Source: Candidatus Latescibacterota bacterium (lineage in GTDB: Bacteria > Latescibacterota > UBA2968 > UBA8231). Taken from it: a stretch of DNA of 64,000 bases. Position 1 is the stretch's first letter; every line of letters starts with the position of its first letter. The translations under genes were made by a program, and so were the position numbers. The notes under the pieces are model-generated. The model was given only the letters and a program-made list of their open reading frames with translations. It searched no databases and was not told the DNA's origin. Shown piece by piece: positions 30,410 through 39,670 of this stretch. The DNA is taken from contig OZ241867.1 of the NCBI GenBank assembly GCA_965203175.1, positions 2,656,001-2,720,000 of the forward strand. The letters are read 5' to 3'.

Positions 30410-31641
30410 GGGTCGTAACGTGAGATTATCTCAGACCAGTTAGGTCTAGTGCTGGCCTTGTGCTCTTTATTTATCTCTCCAAACCGCCAAGCAAGGAGGG
30501 ATAAAGATGCAAGAGCCAAGACCAGCGTTGGAGAATTTGTGCTGTCTCAATACCCAATGCAAGACCTACGGCCAACGCGGCCAAGCCAACCTGCGGGTGC
30601 GCAAGATCTATGGGGCGGATCGGATTCGCTATCTGCGCTGTCGGTGCTGCGGCGAGGAATTTAGCGAGCGCAAAGGCACGGCGTTGTTTAACTGCAAGAT
30701 CAGCGAGGCGCAAGCCGTGTCGGTGATGGAGCATCTGGATAGTGCCTGTGGCTTGAATGCCACGGCGCGCTTGGTGGGGGTATCCAAGGATGCGGTTGGT
30801 CGTCTGCTGCGCGTGGGGGGCCGGATCAGCTATCAACTGCATGATCGGCTGGTTCGTAACGTGCATCCAGCGGCCCTCCAGTTTGATGAGAAATGGTCGT
30901 ATGTGGCCAAAAAACAACGGCACATGACGCCGATGGACGATCCGAGTGAACGGGGGGATTATTGGGATGCCAACAGCTTGGATCCGCAGAGCAAACTGCT
31001 GGTATCGCTGGTGCCTGGACGCCGTACGACCCGCACGATTCACCAAGTGGTGGCCGACGCGGCCGAGCGGCTGGCTGCCAAGGCGGGGCTGCCGGCGCTG
31101 TTTACCGATGGCGAACCGACCTATCGCGAAGCGATTGTAGCTACCTTTGGTCGGGCCTATCCCGTGCCGCGTCGAGGCCCCCGCGGCCGACCCCCGGCCC
31201 CGGTGGTGCGGATCCCCCAAGCGCTGGTGTATGCCCAGATTGTCAAACATCGGCAAGGGGGGCGGATCCAACAGATGGAAGTCCGACCGATCTTTGGCAA
31301 GGGCAAATTGGCCCAAGTCGTAGCCGATTTGGGCTGGACGAAAGCCAACACCAGCGCCATTGAGCGGTTCAACCTGACCGATCGGATGCGCAACGCACGA
31401 AAGGGGCGCAAAACCCTGCACTTTTCGCGTCGGACGGATCGGCATGATGCCCTCAGTTGGATTGGTGCGGTGCGCTACAATTTTCATCATCCGCATCGGT
31501 CCTTGCGACAGCCGACGCAAGAAGGCCGATGGCAACACAGGAGTCCGGCGATGGCCGCCGGCATCGCCGATCATCTCTATTCCTCTCTGGAACTCATGCG
31601 ACTTTGTCCGGTTGGACTGAGATAATCACAAGCTACGACCC
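30410..31641 (+). mobile_element. IS1-family insertion sequence
   Basis: Imperfect 29-bp terminal IRs: GGGTCGTAACGTGAGATTATCTCAGACCA versus reverse-complement GGGTCGTAGCTTGTGATTATCTCAGTCCA. No target-site duplication seen. Ends uncertain by 1 bp. Confidence 0.85.
30507..31625 (+). CDS. IS1-family DDE transposase (single ORF)
   Basis: Zn-ribbon CLNTQC...CRCC, HTH, and DDE motifs FDEKWSYV, FTDG and IERFN. Confidence 0.88.
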   Translation: MQEPRPALENLCCLNTQCKTYGQRGQANLRVRKIYGADRIRYLRCRCCGEEFSERKGTALFNCKISEAQAVSVMEHLDSACGLNATARLVGVSKDAVGRLLRVGGRISYQLHDRLVRNVHPAALQFDEKWSYVAKKQRHMTPMDDPSERGDYWDANSLDPQSKLLVSLVPGRRTTRTIHQVVADAAERLAAKAGLPALFTDGEPTYREAIVATFGRAYPVPRRGPRGRPPAPVVRIPQALVYAQIVKHRQGGRIQQMEVRPIFGKGKLAQVVADLGWTKANTSAIERFNLTDRMRNARKGRKTLHFSRRTDRHDALSWIGAVRYNFHHPHRSLRQPTQEGRWQHRSPAMAAGIADHLYSSLELMRLCPVGLR

Positions 31642-31755
31642 TCAATGCAGGCTAACCTTCAATTATAGAAATGCTAAAGCTGCCGCCGACTCAACCAAGA
31701 TAGCTTGGGCCGACGGCGACGTAGTAGCGAGAGAAATATACAGTACCGCGTAGCG

Positions 31756-34620
31756 CTATTCTTCCTCCGATTCGCCCCCCTCCTCCGGATAGAGCACCAC
31801 CCGCACATAGCGGTCCATGTTGAAATACTTCTGCGCCGACTGCTGCACCGTCTCCACCGTCAGCGAATCGACCAACGCTGGATACTGAGTCAGCAGCCGC
31901 GGATCGACCCCGTTGAAGTCGAGCGACGCCAGCGACCCGACCCAGAAGCTGTTCTCCTTGAGGTCTGTCTCGCGCTGGCGTTTGCGCATTTCCTTGACCT
32001 TATCGACGTAGAGGTCGGTGGTGCCGACGGTTTTTAGGCTGTCGATTTGCTCAAAGATTACCTGCGTCAGCTCCTCGACGCGGTCGGGATCGCTGCCGAA
32101 GGCGATGGAGATGCGGTACTCTTCGTCTGGATAGTGCGAGCCGCTGCTGCTGACCCAGACCCCATAGGTGCCACCCAAGTCCTCGCGCAACACCTCGCGC
32201 AGCTTGATTTCCAACACGGAGGTCATGGCCCTGAGTTCGAGGTTGTTTTTCCAGCCGTCGTATTCAAAGGGGCCGGTAAAAATCATCTGCGATCGGCTCT
32301 TGGGTTCAATGCCGCGATAGACCGCTTTGTCGATCACGCCCTCTGGAGCCTCGATGCCGACGTCGCGCCAAGTCTCCTCCCGTCCCGTGGTCGGCAAGCC
32401 ACCCAAATAAGTGCGCACCAACGGCTCTATCTCTTCGAGGGTGAAGTTGCCGACGAAGAAAAACGAGAAGTCGCCGGCGTCGGCAAAGCGATCCTGGTAC
32501 ACGGCCATAGACGTGGCCAAGTCCATCTCGTCGAGCAGCTCCAGCGACCAAGGGCGCGCCCGGTGGTGGTACTGCGCCATGGTGACCGCAATGGTGTCGC
32601 TGAAAGCCGTCTCCGGACGCGCGCTGCGATTCTGGATAGAGCCCCTCATGAGCGTCTGGTAGGCTTGGAAGGCCGTGCTATCCTGGCGCGGCTCAGTGAA
32701 GAAGGCGTAGATCAGCTCGAACATGGTCTGGATATCTTCGGGCGAAGCCGAGCCAGAAACGCCCTCCCGCAAGCTGCTGATCCACGGCGATACCCGCACC
32801 ACTTTGCCGGCCAGTTTTTTCTCTAGTTCGATCTTGTTAAACGGCCCCACGCCGCCTTCGCTTACCACCGAAGTCGCAGTAGAGGCTGCCACGTAGTCGG
32901 CGTCGGGGATCAGCGAGTGCCCGCCGGGACTATAGGCCCGGAAGAGGATCTCATCGTTTTTGAAATCCGTCGGCTTCAGGCAGACCCGGATGCCGTTGGC
33001 GAGCGTCCACCAAGTCGCGCCGATCTCGGGGATTTCGCTGCGTTCGACGATTTCAGCGGGAGCGGGCACTTGTGCCACCAGCGGCTCGTCGGATACCTCG
33101 TCGGCGTACGGCTCGATCTCCTGCTGCGCCGCCTTGGCGAAGATCGCCAGCAGATCCTGCTCGTTGGGCACGGCAATACCCTCTTGCTCAGGGGCTTCTA
33201 CGGTGATTACCCGGTTTTTTTCGCTCGTCCACTCGCTGGCCAGCACATTGATTTCCTCTAATGCAATGCCGGGTACCAGTTCTTGGTAAAGTTCGTACTC
33301 CTTGGCGATGCCGGGGATGGCTTCGTCGGTCAGCAGGTGGCGCACGTATTCGGACGCAAAACCGCTCGACTGTTGTTTGTCGCGCTCGCGGTAGGACTGC
33401 TCCATGCCGCGCAGCATTTCCTTTTTCTCGCGCGCTAGCTCAGAGGCGGTAAAGCCGTGTTCCCGCACTCGCACTGCTTCAACCAGCAGGGCCTCAAGTC
33501 CGGCGTCGAAACCGTTGTTTTGCACCCCAGCGCCGAGAATGAAAAACTCCTTGGAGCGCAGCCAGCGCCCTTGTCCCGAATAGGCCCCCAAAAAGGGTGG
33601 CTCGGGGAGCTTGGTCAGTTCGTGCAGGCGCTGGTTGAGCATCCGGTGATATAGGGATTCAATCAGCGAGCGGCGGTAGGTGCTCACCGTTCCTTGAGGC
33701 CGCACGTCCATCTTGTAGTAGATGCTGACGCTGTTGTAGGTGGCTTCTGGGTCGGTGGTAATGGCGAAGAGCGTCTCCTCGTGGTCGGGCACGGGGAACA
33801 CTGTACGCTCGGGGGGATTTTCGGCCGCAGGAATACGCGAAAAATACTCCTGTACCAGCGCCTCTACCTCTACTGGCTCAATGTCGCCGACGGCCACAAA
33901 ACCCATCAGGTCGGGCCGATACCAAGTGCGGTAAAAGCGGCGCAGGTCCTCGTGCTGAAAGGTGTCGAGCACGGCCTTCTGGCCGATGACTAGGCGCACG
34001 GCGTAGCGCGAATCCTTCAGGAGAATGGGTATTTGCTCGTCGAACATGCGCTGCTGGGCACCGCGCCGCAGCCGCCACTCTTCGATGACTACGCCCCGTT
34101 CCTTGTCGATTTCCTCGGCCTCAAAACTGATCTGGTGCGCCCAGTCCTCCAGAATTTGGAAGGCTGTGTGTACCACCTCGGCGCTGTCGGTGGGCACGGT
34201 CAGCATGTACACGGTCTCGTCGAAGCTGGTGTAGGCATTGAGATCCGGCCCGAAGCGCATGCCGATCAGCTCCAGATAATCCACCAACTCCTGCTTGGCG
34301 AAGTTTTTGGTGCCATTGAAGGCCATGTGCTCGGCAAAGTGCGCCAGCCCCTGTTGGTTTTCGTCCTCCAGCACCGAGCCGGCATCGACCACCAGCCGCA
34401 GCTCGACTCGGTTTTCGGGCTTTTGGTTTTTGCGGATGACATAGCGCAGGCCGTTGTCTAACTGGCCGACGGTCACCAGCGAGTCAATGGGCAGTTGTGG
34501 ATCCTCTAACTTCTCGGTCGTCTCCTCCATCGCCGCCTGTTGCACGGTCGTCGGCGACGTGCTGACGCAGGCGTACAACAGCACTGGCAGCACAGCGAAC
34601 AGCAGCAAAACTCGTTTCAT
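31756..34620 (-). CDS. M16 zinc peptidase (PqqL/pitrilysin-like) lipoprotein
   Basis: HFAEH inverted zinc motif, NAYTSFDETVY, LYAC lipobox. Confidence 0.92.
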   Translation of the reverse strand: MKRVLLLFAVLPVLLYACVSTSPTTVQQAAMEETTEKLEDPQLPIDSLVTVGQLDNGLRYVIRKNQKPENRVELRLVVDAGSVLEDENQQGLAHFAEHMAFNGTKNFAKQELVDYLELIGMRFGPDLNAYTSFDETVYMLTVPTDSAEVVHTAFQILEDWAHQISFEAEEIDKERGVVIEEWRLRRGAQQRMFDEQIPILLKDSRYAVRLVIGQKAVLDTFQHEDLRRFYRTWYRPDLMGFVAVGDIEPVEVEALVQEYFSRIPAAENPPERTVFPVPDHEETLFAITTDPEATYNSVSIYYKMDVRPQGTVSTYRRSLIESLYHRMLNQRLHELTKLPEPPFLGAYSGQGRWLRSKEFFILGAGVQNNGFDAGLEALLVEAVRVREHGFTASELAREKKEMLRGMEQSYRERDKQQSSGFASEYVRHLLTDEAIPGIAKEYELYQELVPGIALEEINVLASEWTSEKNRVITVEAPEQEGIAVPNEQDLLAIFAKAAQQEIEPYADEVSDEPLVAQVPAPAEIVERSEIPEIGATWWTLANGIRVCLKPTDFKNDEILFRAYSPGGHSLIPDADYVAASTATSVVSEGGVGPFNKIELEKKLAGKVVRVSPWISSLREGVSGSASPEDIQTMFELIYAFFTEPRQDSTAFQAYQTLMRGSIQNRSARPETAFSDTIAVTMAQYHHRARPWSLELLDEMDLATSMAVYQDRFADAGDFSFFFVGNFTLEEIEPLVRTYLGGLPTTGREETWRDVGIEAPEGVIDKAVYRGIEPKSRSQMIFTGPFEYDGWKNNLELRAMTSVLEIKLREVLREDLGGTYGVWVSSSGSHYPDEEYRISIAFGSDPDRVEELTQVIFEQIDSLKTVGTTDLYVDKVKEMRKRQRETDLKENSFWVGSLASLDFNGVDPRLLTQYPALVDSLTVETVQQSAQKYFNMDRYVRVVLYPEEGGESEEE

Positions 34621-34720
34621 CGATGACTCCTGTTTTGATTGGTCAATAGCCGATTGATCCATTTCAACCAGCGGTTTGTTCTAGGTTTTGTCTCATTGAC
34701 GCTTGATAGTGCCGAATGTT

Positions 34721-36184
34721 TCATGCTTGGGGAACACTGGCAAACGCTGCACTGGCTTCGGCAATGGAGCCAAACGCGCCGTCGGCCACCGCGGCACACA
34801 GCGCGGCACCGACAGCGGCTTCTTCGCCGTGCGAGCCCACGTGCAGCGGCATAGCGAACTCCGCTTCCAGCGCCGCTCGCAGCACGGGATTTAGCTTGAT
34901 GCCGTTACCTGCGCCAACCAACTTGGAGCGCGCGCTACCGCCCAGTAGGATGGCCTCACGATACGAATCGGCCAACTCGACGGCCATGCCTTCCAACAGC
35001 GCGCGCGTTAGGTGTCCGGCAGTCAGCGTCGCAGCGGTCAACTCGCGGAAGGCGGCTTTGGCGCGCGGTCTGCTGCGCGACCCGGAAAACAGCGGGTCGG
35101 CGCGCACGCCCTCGGCACCAGCCGGTACGTCAGCCGCTAATGCTACGAGCCGCTCGTAGAGGGCCTCGCTGTCGGGTTGGACATCGGCGAGGGTTTGGAT
35201 GGCGTCGGCGAAGAAATCGCGCAGCGTCCTGAACGTCCGCCCGCCGACGGCCCCCACACCGGCCAGCAGATAGCCGCGCTGGATGTAGGGACGCAGTTCG
35301 AGCGAGCCGCGCGGCAGTGGAGCTTCGATATGCAGGGCTGCTTGCCCACCGGTGCCGACGTTGACGGCCACGGTGTTGGCGTAATCGGCGACCGTGCCGG
35401 CAAAGCTGCACTGGTGATCGCCGGACGCCACGGCAACGGGCAATCCCGTTGGTACGCCGAGCTTTTGGGCCATCGCTTCGGTCAGGGGACCGGCCATGGT
35501 ACAAGATTCGACCAGTTCGGGAAACAGCGACTGGTCTAGGCCGAGATCGGCGATAAGCTCATTTGCCCAGGCGCGCTTGGGCACGTCATAGACGCCCCAG
35601 CCGAGCGCGTCTGTAGGATCGACCACTGGTCGTTTGCCCACCAGCCGCGACACCACAAACTCAGGAGCCGCTGTGCCGCTGACGTCGCTGGGAAGTTGAT
35701 TGTTGGCTTGCAGCCAAAACAGGTGCGGCGCGGCGTGGCCAGCCACGATAGGGCAGCCAGTATTGGCAAAGGCGGGCATTTCTCCCTCAGTGGAGATTGA
35801 ACCCCCGCGCTGGGCCATGGCGTCTAAGTAGCTGTGCTGCTGGCCCGGTAGGAAGTCTTGGGCGCGCTGGTCCTGCCAGGAGAAATAAGGCCCTACGACA
35901 TTGAGCGCGGCGTCGAGGAGTTGCAGGCCCTGTTGCTGCCCAGTGACGCCGATGGCTGCTGGCCGGGCGTTGGTGCGGGCTACGAGCGCGGCCGCGTTGT
36001 CGATGGCCAGTTCGGTCATCGCATCGAGATTCCACTCCGAGCGGCTGATGCGCTTATCTGCCGCAGAGGTCGTCTCGGACGAATTGGCTGCGCTGGCTGC
36101 GCCGACGACGGCGTTGGTGCCGAGGTCGATGACGATGGCGACGACAGTCGTCGAGCCGATGTCTAGCGCGAGGTAGGTTGACAT
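34721..36184 (-). CDS. FGGY carbohydrate kinase (sedoheptulokinase-like)
   Basis: ALDIGST, TGQQQG, SWQDQR, GDHQ, NVGTGGQ, AAVGAA. Confidence 0.87.
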   Translation of the reverse strand: MSTYLALDIGSTTVVAIVIDLGTNAVVGAASAANSSETTSAADKRISRSEWNLDAMTELAIDNAAALVARTNARPAAIGVTGQQQGLQLLDAALNVVGPYFSWQDQRAQDFLPGQQHSYLDAMAQRGGSISTEGEMPAFANTGCPIVAGHAAPHLFWLQANNQLPSDVSGTAAPEFVVSRLVGKRPVVDPTDALGWGVYDVPKRAWANELIADLGLDQSLFPELVESCTMAGPLTEAMAQKLGVPTGLPVAVASGDHQCSFAGTVADYANTVAVNVGTGGQAALHIEAPLPRGSLELRPYIQRGYLLAGVGAVGGRTFRTLRDFFADAIQTLADVQPDSEALYERLVALAADVPAGAEGVRADPLFSGSRSRPRAKAAFRELTAATLTAGHLTRALLEGMAVELADSYREAILLGGSARSKLVGAGNGIKLNPVLRAALEAEFAMPLHVGSHGEEAAVGAALCAAVADGAFGSIAEASAAFASVPQA

Positions 36185-36189
36185 GGGAT

Positions 36190-37209
36190 TTAACTCAGCA
36201 GCGACCAGTCGAAGACCACGCCGAGGTATTCCTCCTTATTGGCGGTCAGTCCTGCGTACATTTGCTGGCAGTCTGCCGGGGACGCTAGGTGGGTCAGCAG
36301 GGGTTCGACGACGAGTTGGCCGTCGGCGATCCACGCGGCGATCTGGCGGTAATTGGCGTCGAGGTCGCGGCAGCGCTCGGTGGCGTGCTGCGGCCAGCGC
36401 CACTCGAGGGCACCGATCATGCGGATTGCCTCTAAGTGGATGCGCAGCAGCATGGGCGTTACATCAAAGTGAGCTGGGGCGCGTGGGCTGCCGAGGAGGA
36501 TGAGTTCGCCGTGGCGGGCAATGCACATCGCGGTCTGGGCGATGACTTCGCTGATGCCAATGGCCTCGACGCCGATGCGGGCACCAGCACCGCCGGTCCA
36601 GTCGCGCACCACAGCTTCCAGATCGTCGCGGCCGGGATTGACGGTGTGCTCGATGCCACAGGCGCGCGCCTGCTGTAGGCGCAGTTCGGACAAATCCGCG
36701 AGCATGACGTCGGCACCAGCCAAGCGGAAGAGCTGGGCGGTGAAGTTGCCTACGAGGCCGCCGCCGATCACGAGCACAGTGTCTCCGGGCTGGACGCTAG
36801 AAGAGCGCAAGGCAGAGATGCTAACACCGGCCATGCGCGTGAACACGAGGTGCTGGCCGGGGGCCTCGCGCGAGACGGGCAGCGCCATGCGCTGCGCATC
36901 TGTCTTGACGATGGAAGCGTGGCGGGCAAAGGATAGCACGCGGTCGCCCGGTTGTACGCCAGAAACCGCGTCGCCGATTTGCAGCACTTGGCCGAGGTTG
37001 CCGTAGCCCGTGCCTCGGGGATACTGGCCAGCGTCGCCGAAGGGCATCTGCTTGACGAGGCCGGTAAATCCCGCGCCTTCGGTGCCAGCGCTGACGACGG
37101 AGTACTCGGTCTCTATCAGCACTTCATGGGGGTGCAGGTGGTCGTCGAGATCGGTTTGGGTGACCTCGATGCGCCCCGGCTCGACGACGGTGAGTTCATG
37201 AGTTAGCAC
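36190..37209 (-). CDS. MDR-family alcohol dehydrogenase-like protein
   Basis: SAGTE, GYGNLG, VIGGGLVG. Confidence 0.85.
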   Translation of the reverse strand: MLTHELTVVEPGRIEVTQTDLDDHLHPHEVLIETEYSVVSAGTEGAGFTGLVKQMPFGDAGQYPRGTGYGNLGQVLQIGDAVSGVQPGDRVLSFARHASIVKTDAQRMALPVSREAPGQHLVFTRMAGVSISALRSSSVQPGDTVLVIGGGLVGNFTAQLFRLAGADVMLADLSELRLQQARACGIEHTVNPGRDDLEAVVRDWTGGAGARIGVEAIGISEVIAQTAMCIARHGELILLGSPRAPAHFDVTPMLLRIHLEAIRMIGALEWRWPQHATERCRDLDANYRQIAAWIADGQLVVEPLLTHLASPADCQQMYAGLTANKEEYLGVVFDWSLLS

Positions 37210-37526
37210 AGCGTTCTATCCTCCTTAAACGGGCCGCAGTAAAGGCAAGTTGCGGCAGTATAAAGGGCCTTTGGACAACCGGCGTCAAGCCGTGCAGCGG
37301 TGGCGAAACGGCTTGACGAAAAATGCTGACCGTTCTATTTTTGGCGGACATACAAGTGGAAGATGTAAAGGAGTAGCTGTTCTTTTAATATTGACCAGTG
37401 AGCTGACAACCTACCCAAAATTTCCACGGCGCGATATTCAATCCAACCCATAAGCGCCGTTTTTCATTCCCGACTAAAACACTACTGAAGCCCGTCGAGC
37501 GGGCCGATTTGGAGAGGAGGTGCGTC

Positions 37527-39629
37527 GTGTCCTTGCGCACTCGAACGCTTCTTCCTATAGGATTTATTGCCCTGTACACGTTTGTTCAATGCAGCCAACC
37601 GGCGACCCCGGCTCCGGCACCGCCGCAGCCCAAGTACATCGGCGATCTGCCGGTATTGCAATCCCACGGCAAATTGCGTGTCATCGTCCCCCCGGAGCCG
37701 CTGGCCCACATGCCCAAGCGCGCGGAACCCGTGACGATTGACTACGATCTCGCCCGCGACTTGGCCGCAGAGCTCAATCTAGAACTGATGCTGGTAAAGG
37801 CCGAAAATCATGCCCAGATGGTCCAGAAGCTGTTGGAAGGCGAAGGCGACATCGTCGCTGCTAGCCTGACGATTACAGCAGCGCGCCAGGAGCAAGTGGC
37901 GTTTTCCATGCCGTATCTCTACGTGGATGAATATCTGATCACCGCGGCCAGTGACAGCCTGCCGGCGACGATTGAGGACTTGGCCGGGATGAAAATCGGC
38001 GTCCGGCGCTCCAGCTCGCACTACGAGACTCTATTGGATATTCAGCAACGAGTGCCGTCATTGCAGATTCACACCGCGCCGGAGAAGCTCGGCCTTGAGT
38101 ACCTCCTCGACGGCATCGTCCGCGGCGAATACCATGCGACCGTATCCGACGAACACTTGTGGCGGGGGGTGGAAAGCTACTACGACAACATGGTTACGCC
38201 GCTAATGGTGGCCGAAAACCGCCCGATTGCCCTGATGATGCGGCCCGCCGATGTGCGACTCAAGACCAAGGTCGATGAATATCTGCTCGCCCAGCAGTTT
38301 ACGCGCCAGTCCCAGCAGGCCTTCACCGACGATCTGCCCGGCTTAAAAGAGCGTCGGCGGTTGCGCATGATCACCCGCAATAATGCGCTGACCTATTTCA
38401 TCCATCGCGGCCGACAGGTGGGCTTTGAATACGAGCTTATAAAGGAATTCGCCGACCGGCACGCCCTGCGTCTCGATATCGTCATTCCAGAAAGCCACGC
38501 CGATCTGCTGGCGTATTTGAACGAAGGTAAAGGCGATGTCGTGGCCGCGGCGATGACCATTACCGAGGAGCGACGGGCACAGGCGGCGTTTACCCTGCCC
38601 TATAACGAAGTGGACGAGTTAGTGGTCGTGCGCGCTGAGGAGGATTCGATTGCTAGCCTCCAGGACTTGGTCGGGCGTACGATCCACGTGCGCCAAAGCT
38701 CTTCTTTTTATACCACCCTGATAGCCTTTGCCGATTCCATAGAGGGCTTGCAGATCGCGGCACTGCCCGACTCCATCGAAACCGAAGACATCTTGGCCGG
38801 CGTCGAAGAGGGTCGCTACGACGTTACCCTGTGCGACTCCAATCTGCTCGACGTAGAACTTGCCTACGGGCGCCAGCTCAAGGCGGCTTTTAGCATCAAG
38901 CCAACGGCTTTGGGGTGGGCGGTGCGCGAGGACAATCCAGCCTTGCTAGCGGCTCTCAACCAGTATGTAAAAGAAGAAAAGGGTGGCTTGTTTTTTAACA
39001 TGATGAAGAAGCGATACTTCGAAAACAAGCGCACCATCGCCAAAGCGAAGGATTCGCTGCGGGTCGATTTGAGCGGCCGCCTGTCGCCCTATGATGAGCT
39101 GGTAAAAAAATACGCCCGCCAGTACGGCCAGGATTGGCGCTTGATTACCGCGCAGATGTACCAGGAATCCAAGTTCGATCCCCAGGCCATTAGCTGGGTC
39201 GGCGCTCGCGGACTGATGCAGATTATGCCGGTCACAGGACTCGAGCTGGGAGTTACCGATCTGCACGACCCCGAAGAGAATATCCACGCGGGAGTGAAGT
39301 ACATGTCCCAACTGGTCAACCGCTTTGATTCGAACATACCCATAGAGGAACGGACGCGCTTGGCGCTGGCCGCCTACAATGTCGGGTACGGGCACGTGCT
39401 CGATGCGCGCCGCTTGGCCCGCGAAAATGGGTGGAATCCCAACCAGTGGTTTGGCCACGTGGAACAGGCGATGCGGCTGCTTGCTAATCCGGCGTATCAC
39501 GAACGGGCGCGCTATGGCTTCTGTCGCTGCGGCCAGCCCGTGCATTACGTTGGCAACATTCAGAGTATGTACGACGCCTATATCGGGATGCTGACGATGG
39601 TGAGGGAGTCGGACCCAGAGCGTCTCTGA
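37527..39629 (+). CDS. mltF: MltF-like lytic transglycosylase with two SBP_bac_3 domains
   Basis: Two PBP-type domains followed by SLT motifs YQES, GLMQ and AAYNVG. RBS GGAGG before GTG37527. Confidence 0.85.
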   Translation: MSLRTRTLLPIGFIALYTFVQCSQPATPAPAPPQPKYIGDLPVLQSHGKLRVIVPPEPLAHMPKRAEPVTIDYDLARDLAAELNLELMLVKAENHAQMVQKLLEGEGDIVAASLTITAARQEQVAFSMPYLYVDEYLITAASDSLPATIEDLAGMKIGVRRSSSHYETLLDIQQRVPSLQIHTAPEKLGLEYLLDGIVRGEYHATVSDEHLWRGVESYYDNMVTPLMVAENRPIALMMRPADVRLKTKVDEYLLAQQFTRQSQQAFTDDLPGLKERRRLRMITRNNALTYFIHRGRQVGFEYELIKEFADRHALRLDIVIPESHADLLAYLNEGKGDVVAAAMTITEERRAQAAFTLPYNEVDELVVVRAEEDSIASLQDLVGRTIHVRQSSSFYTTLIAFADSIEGLQIAALPDSIETEDILAGVEEGRYDVTLCDSNLLDVELAYGRQLKAAFSIKPTALGWAVREDNPALLAALNQYVKEEKGGLFFNMMKKRYFENKRTIAKAKDSLRVDLSGRLSPYDELVKKYARQYGQDWRLITAQMYQESKFDPQAISWVGARGLMQIMPVTGLELGVTDLHDPEENIHAGVKYMSQLVNRFDSNIPIEERTRLALAAYNVGYGHVLDARRLARENGWNPNQWFGHVEQAMRLLANPAYHERARYGFCRCGQPVHYVGNIQSMYDAYIGMLTMVRESDPERL

Positions 39630-39670
39630 GCTACTTCCATTTTACGTAGCTGAGGAGCATAGAAGGCGGG

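Noticed and set aside
30471-31574. 367-aa antisense ORF in the IS
   Set aside because: Shadow of the transposase with no recognisable motifs.
1-31755. Integron cassette array or prophage explaining the hotspots
   Set aside because: No integrase, attC-like repeats or phage genes were recognised.
37370-37420. yybP-ykoY riboswitch (AAGGAGTAGC resemblance)
   Set aside because: The GGGGAGUAGC/GAGACC pairing and the conserved loop elements are absent, and the downstream gene is atypical.
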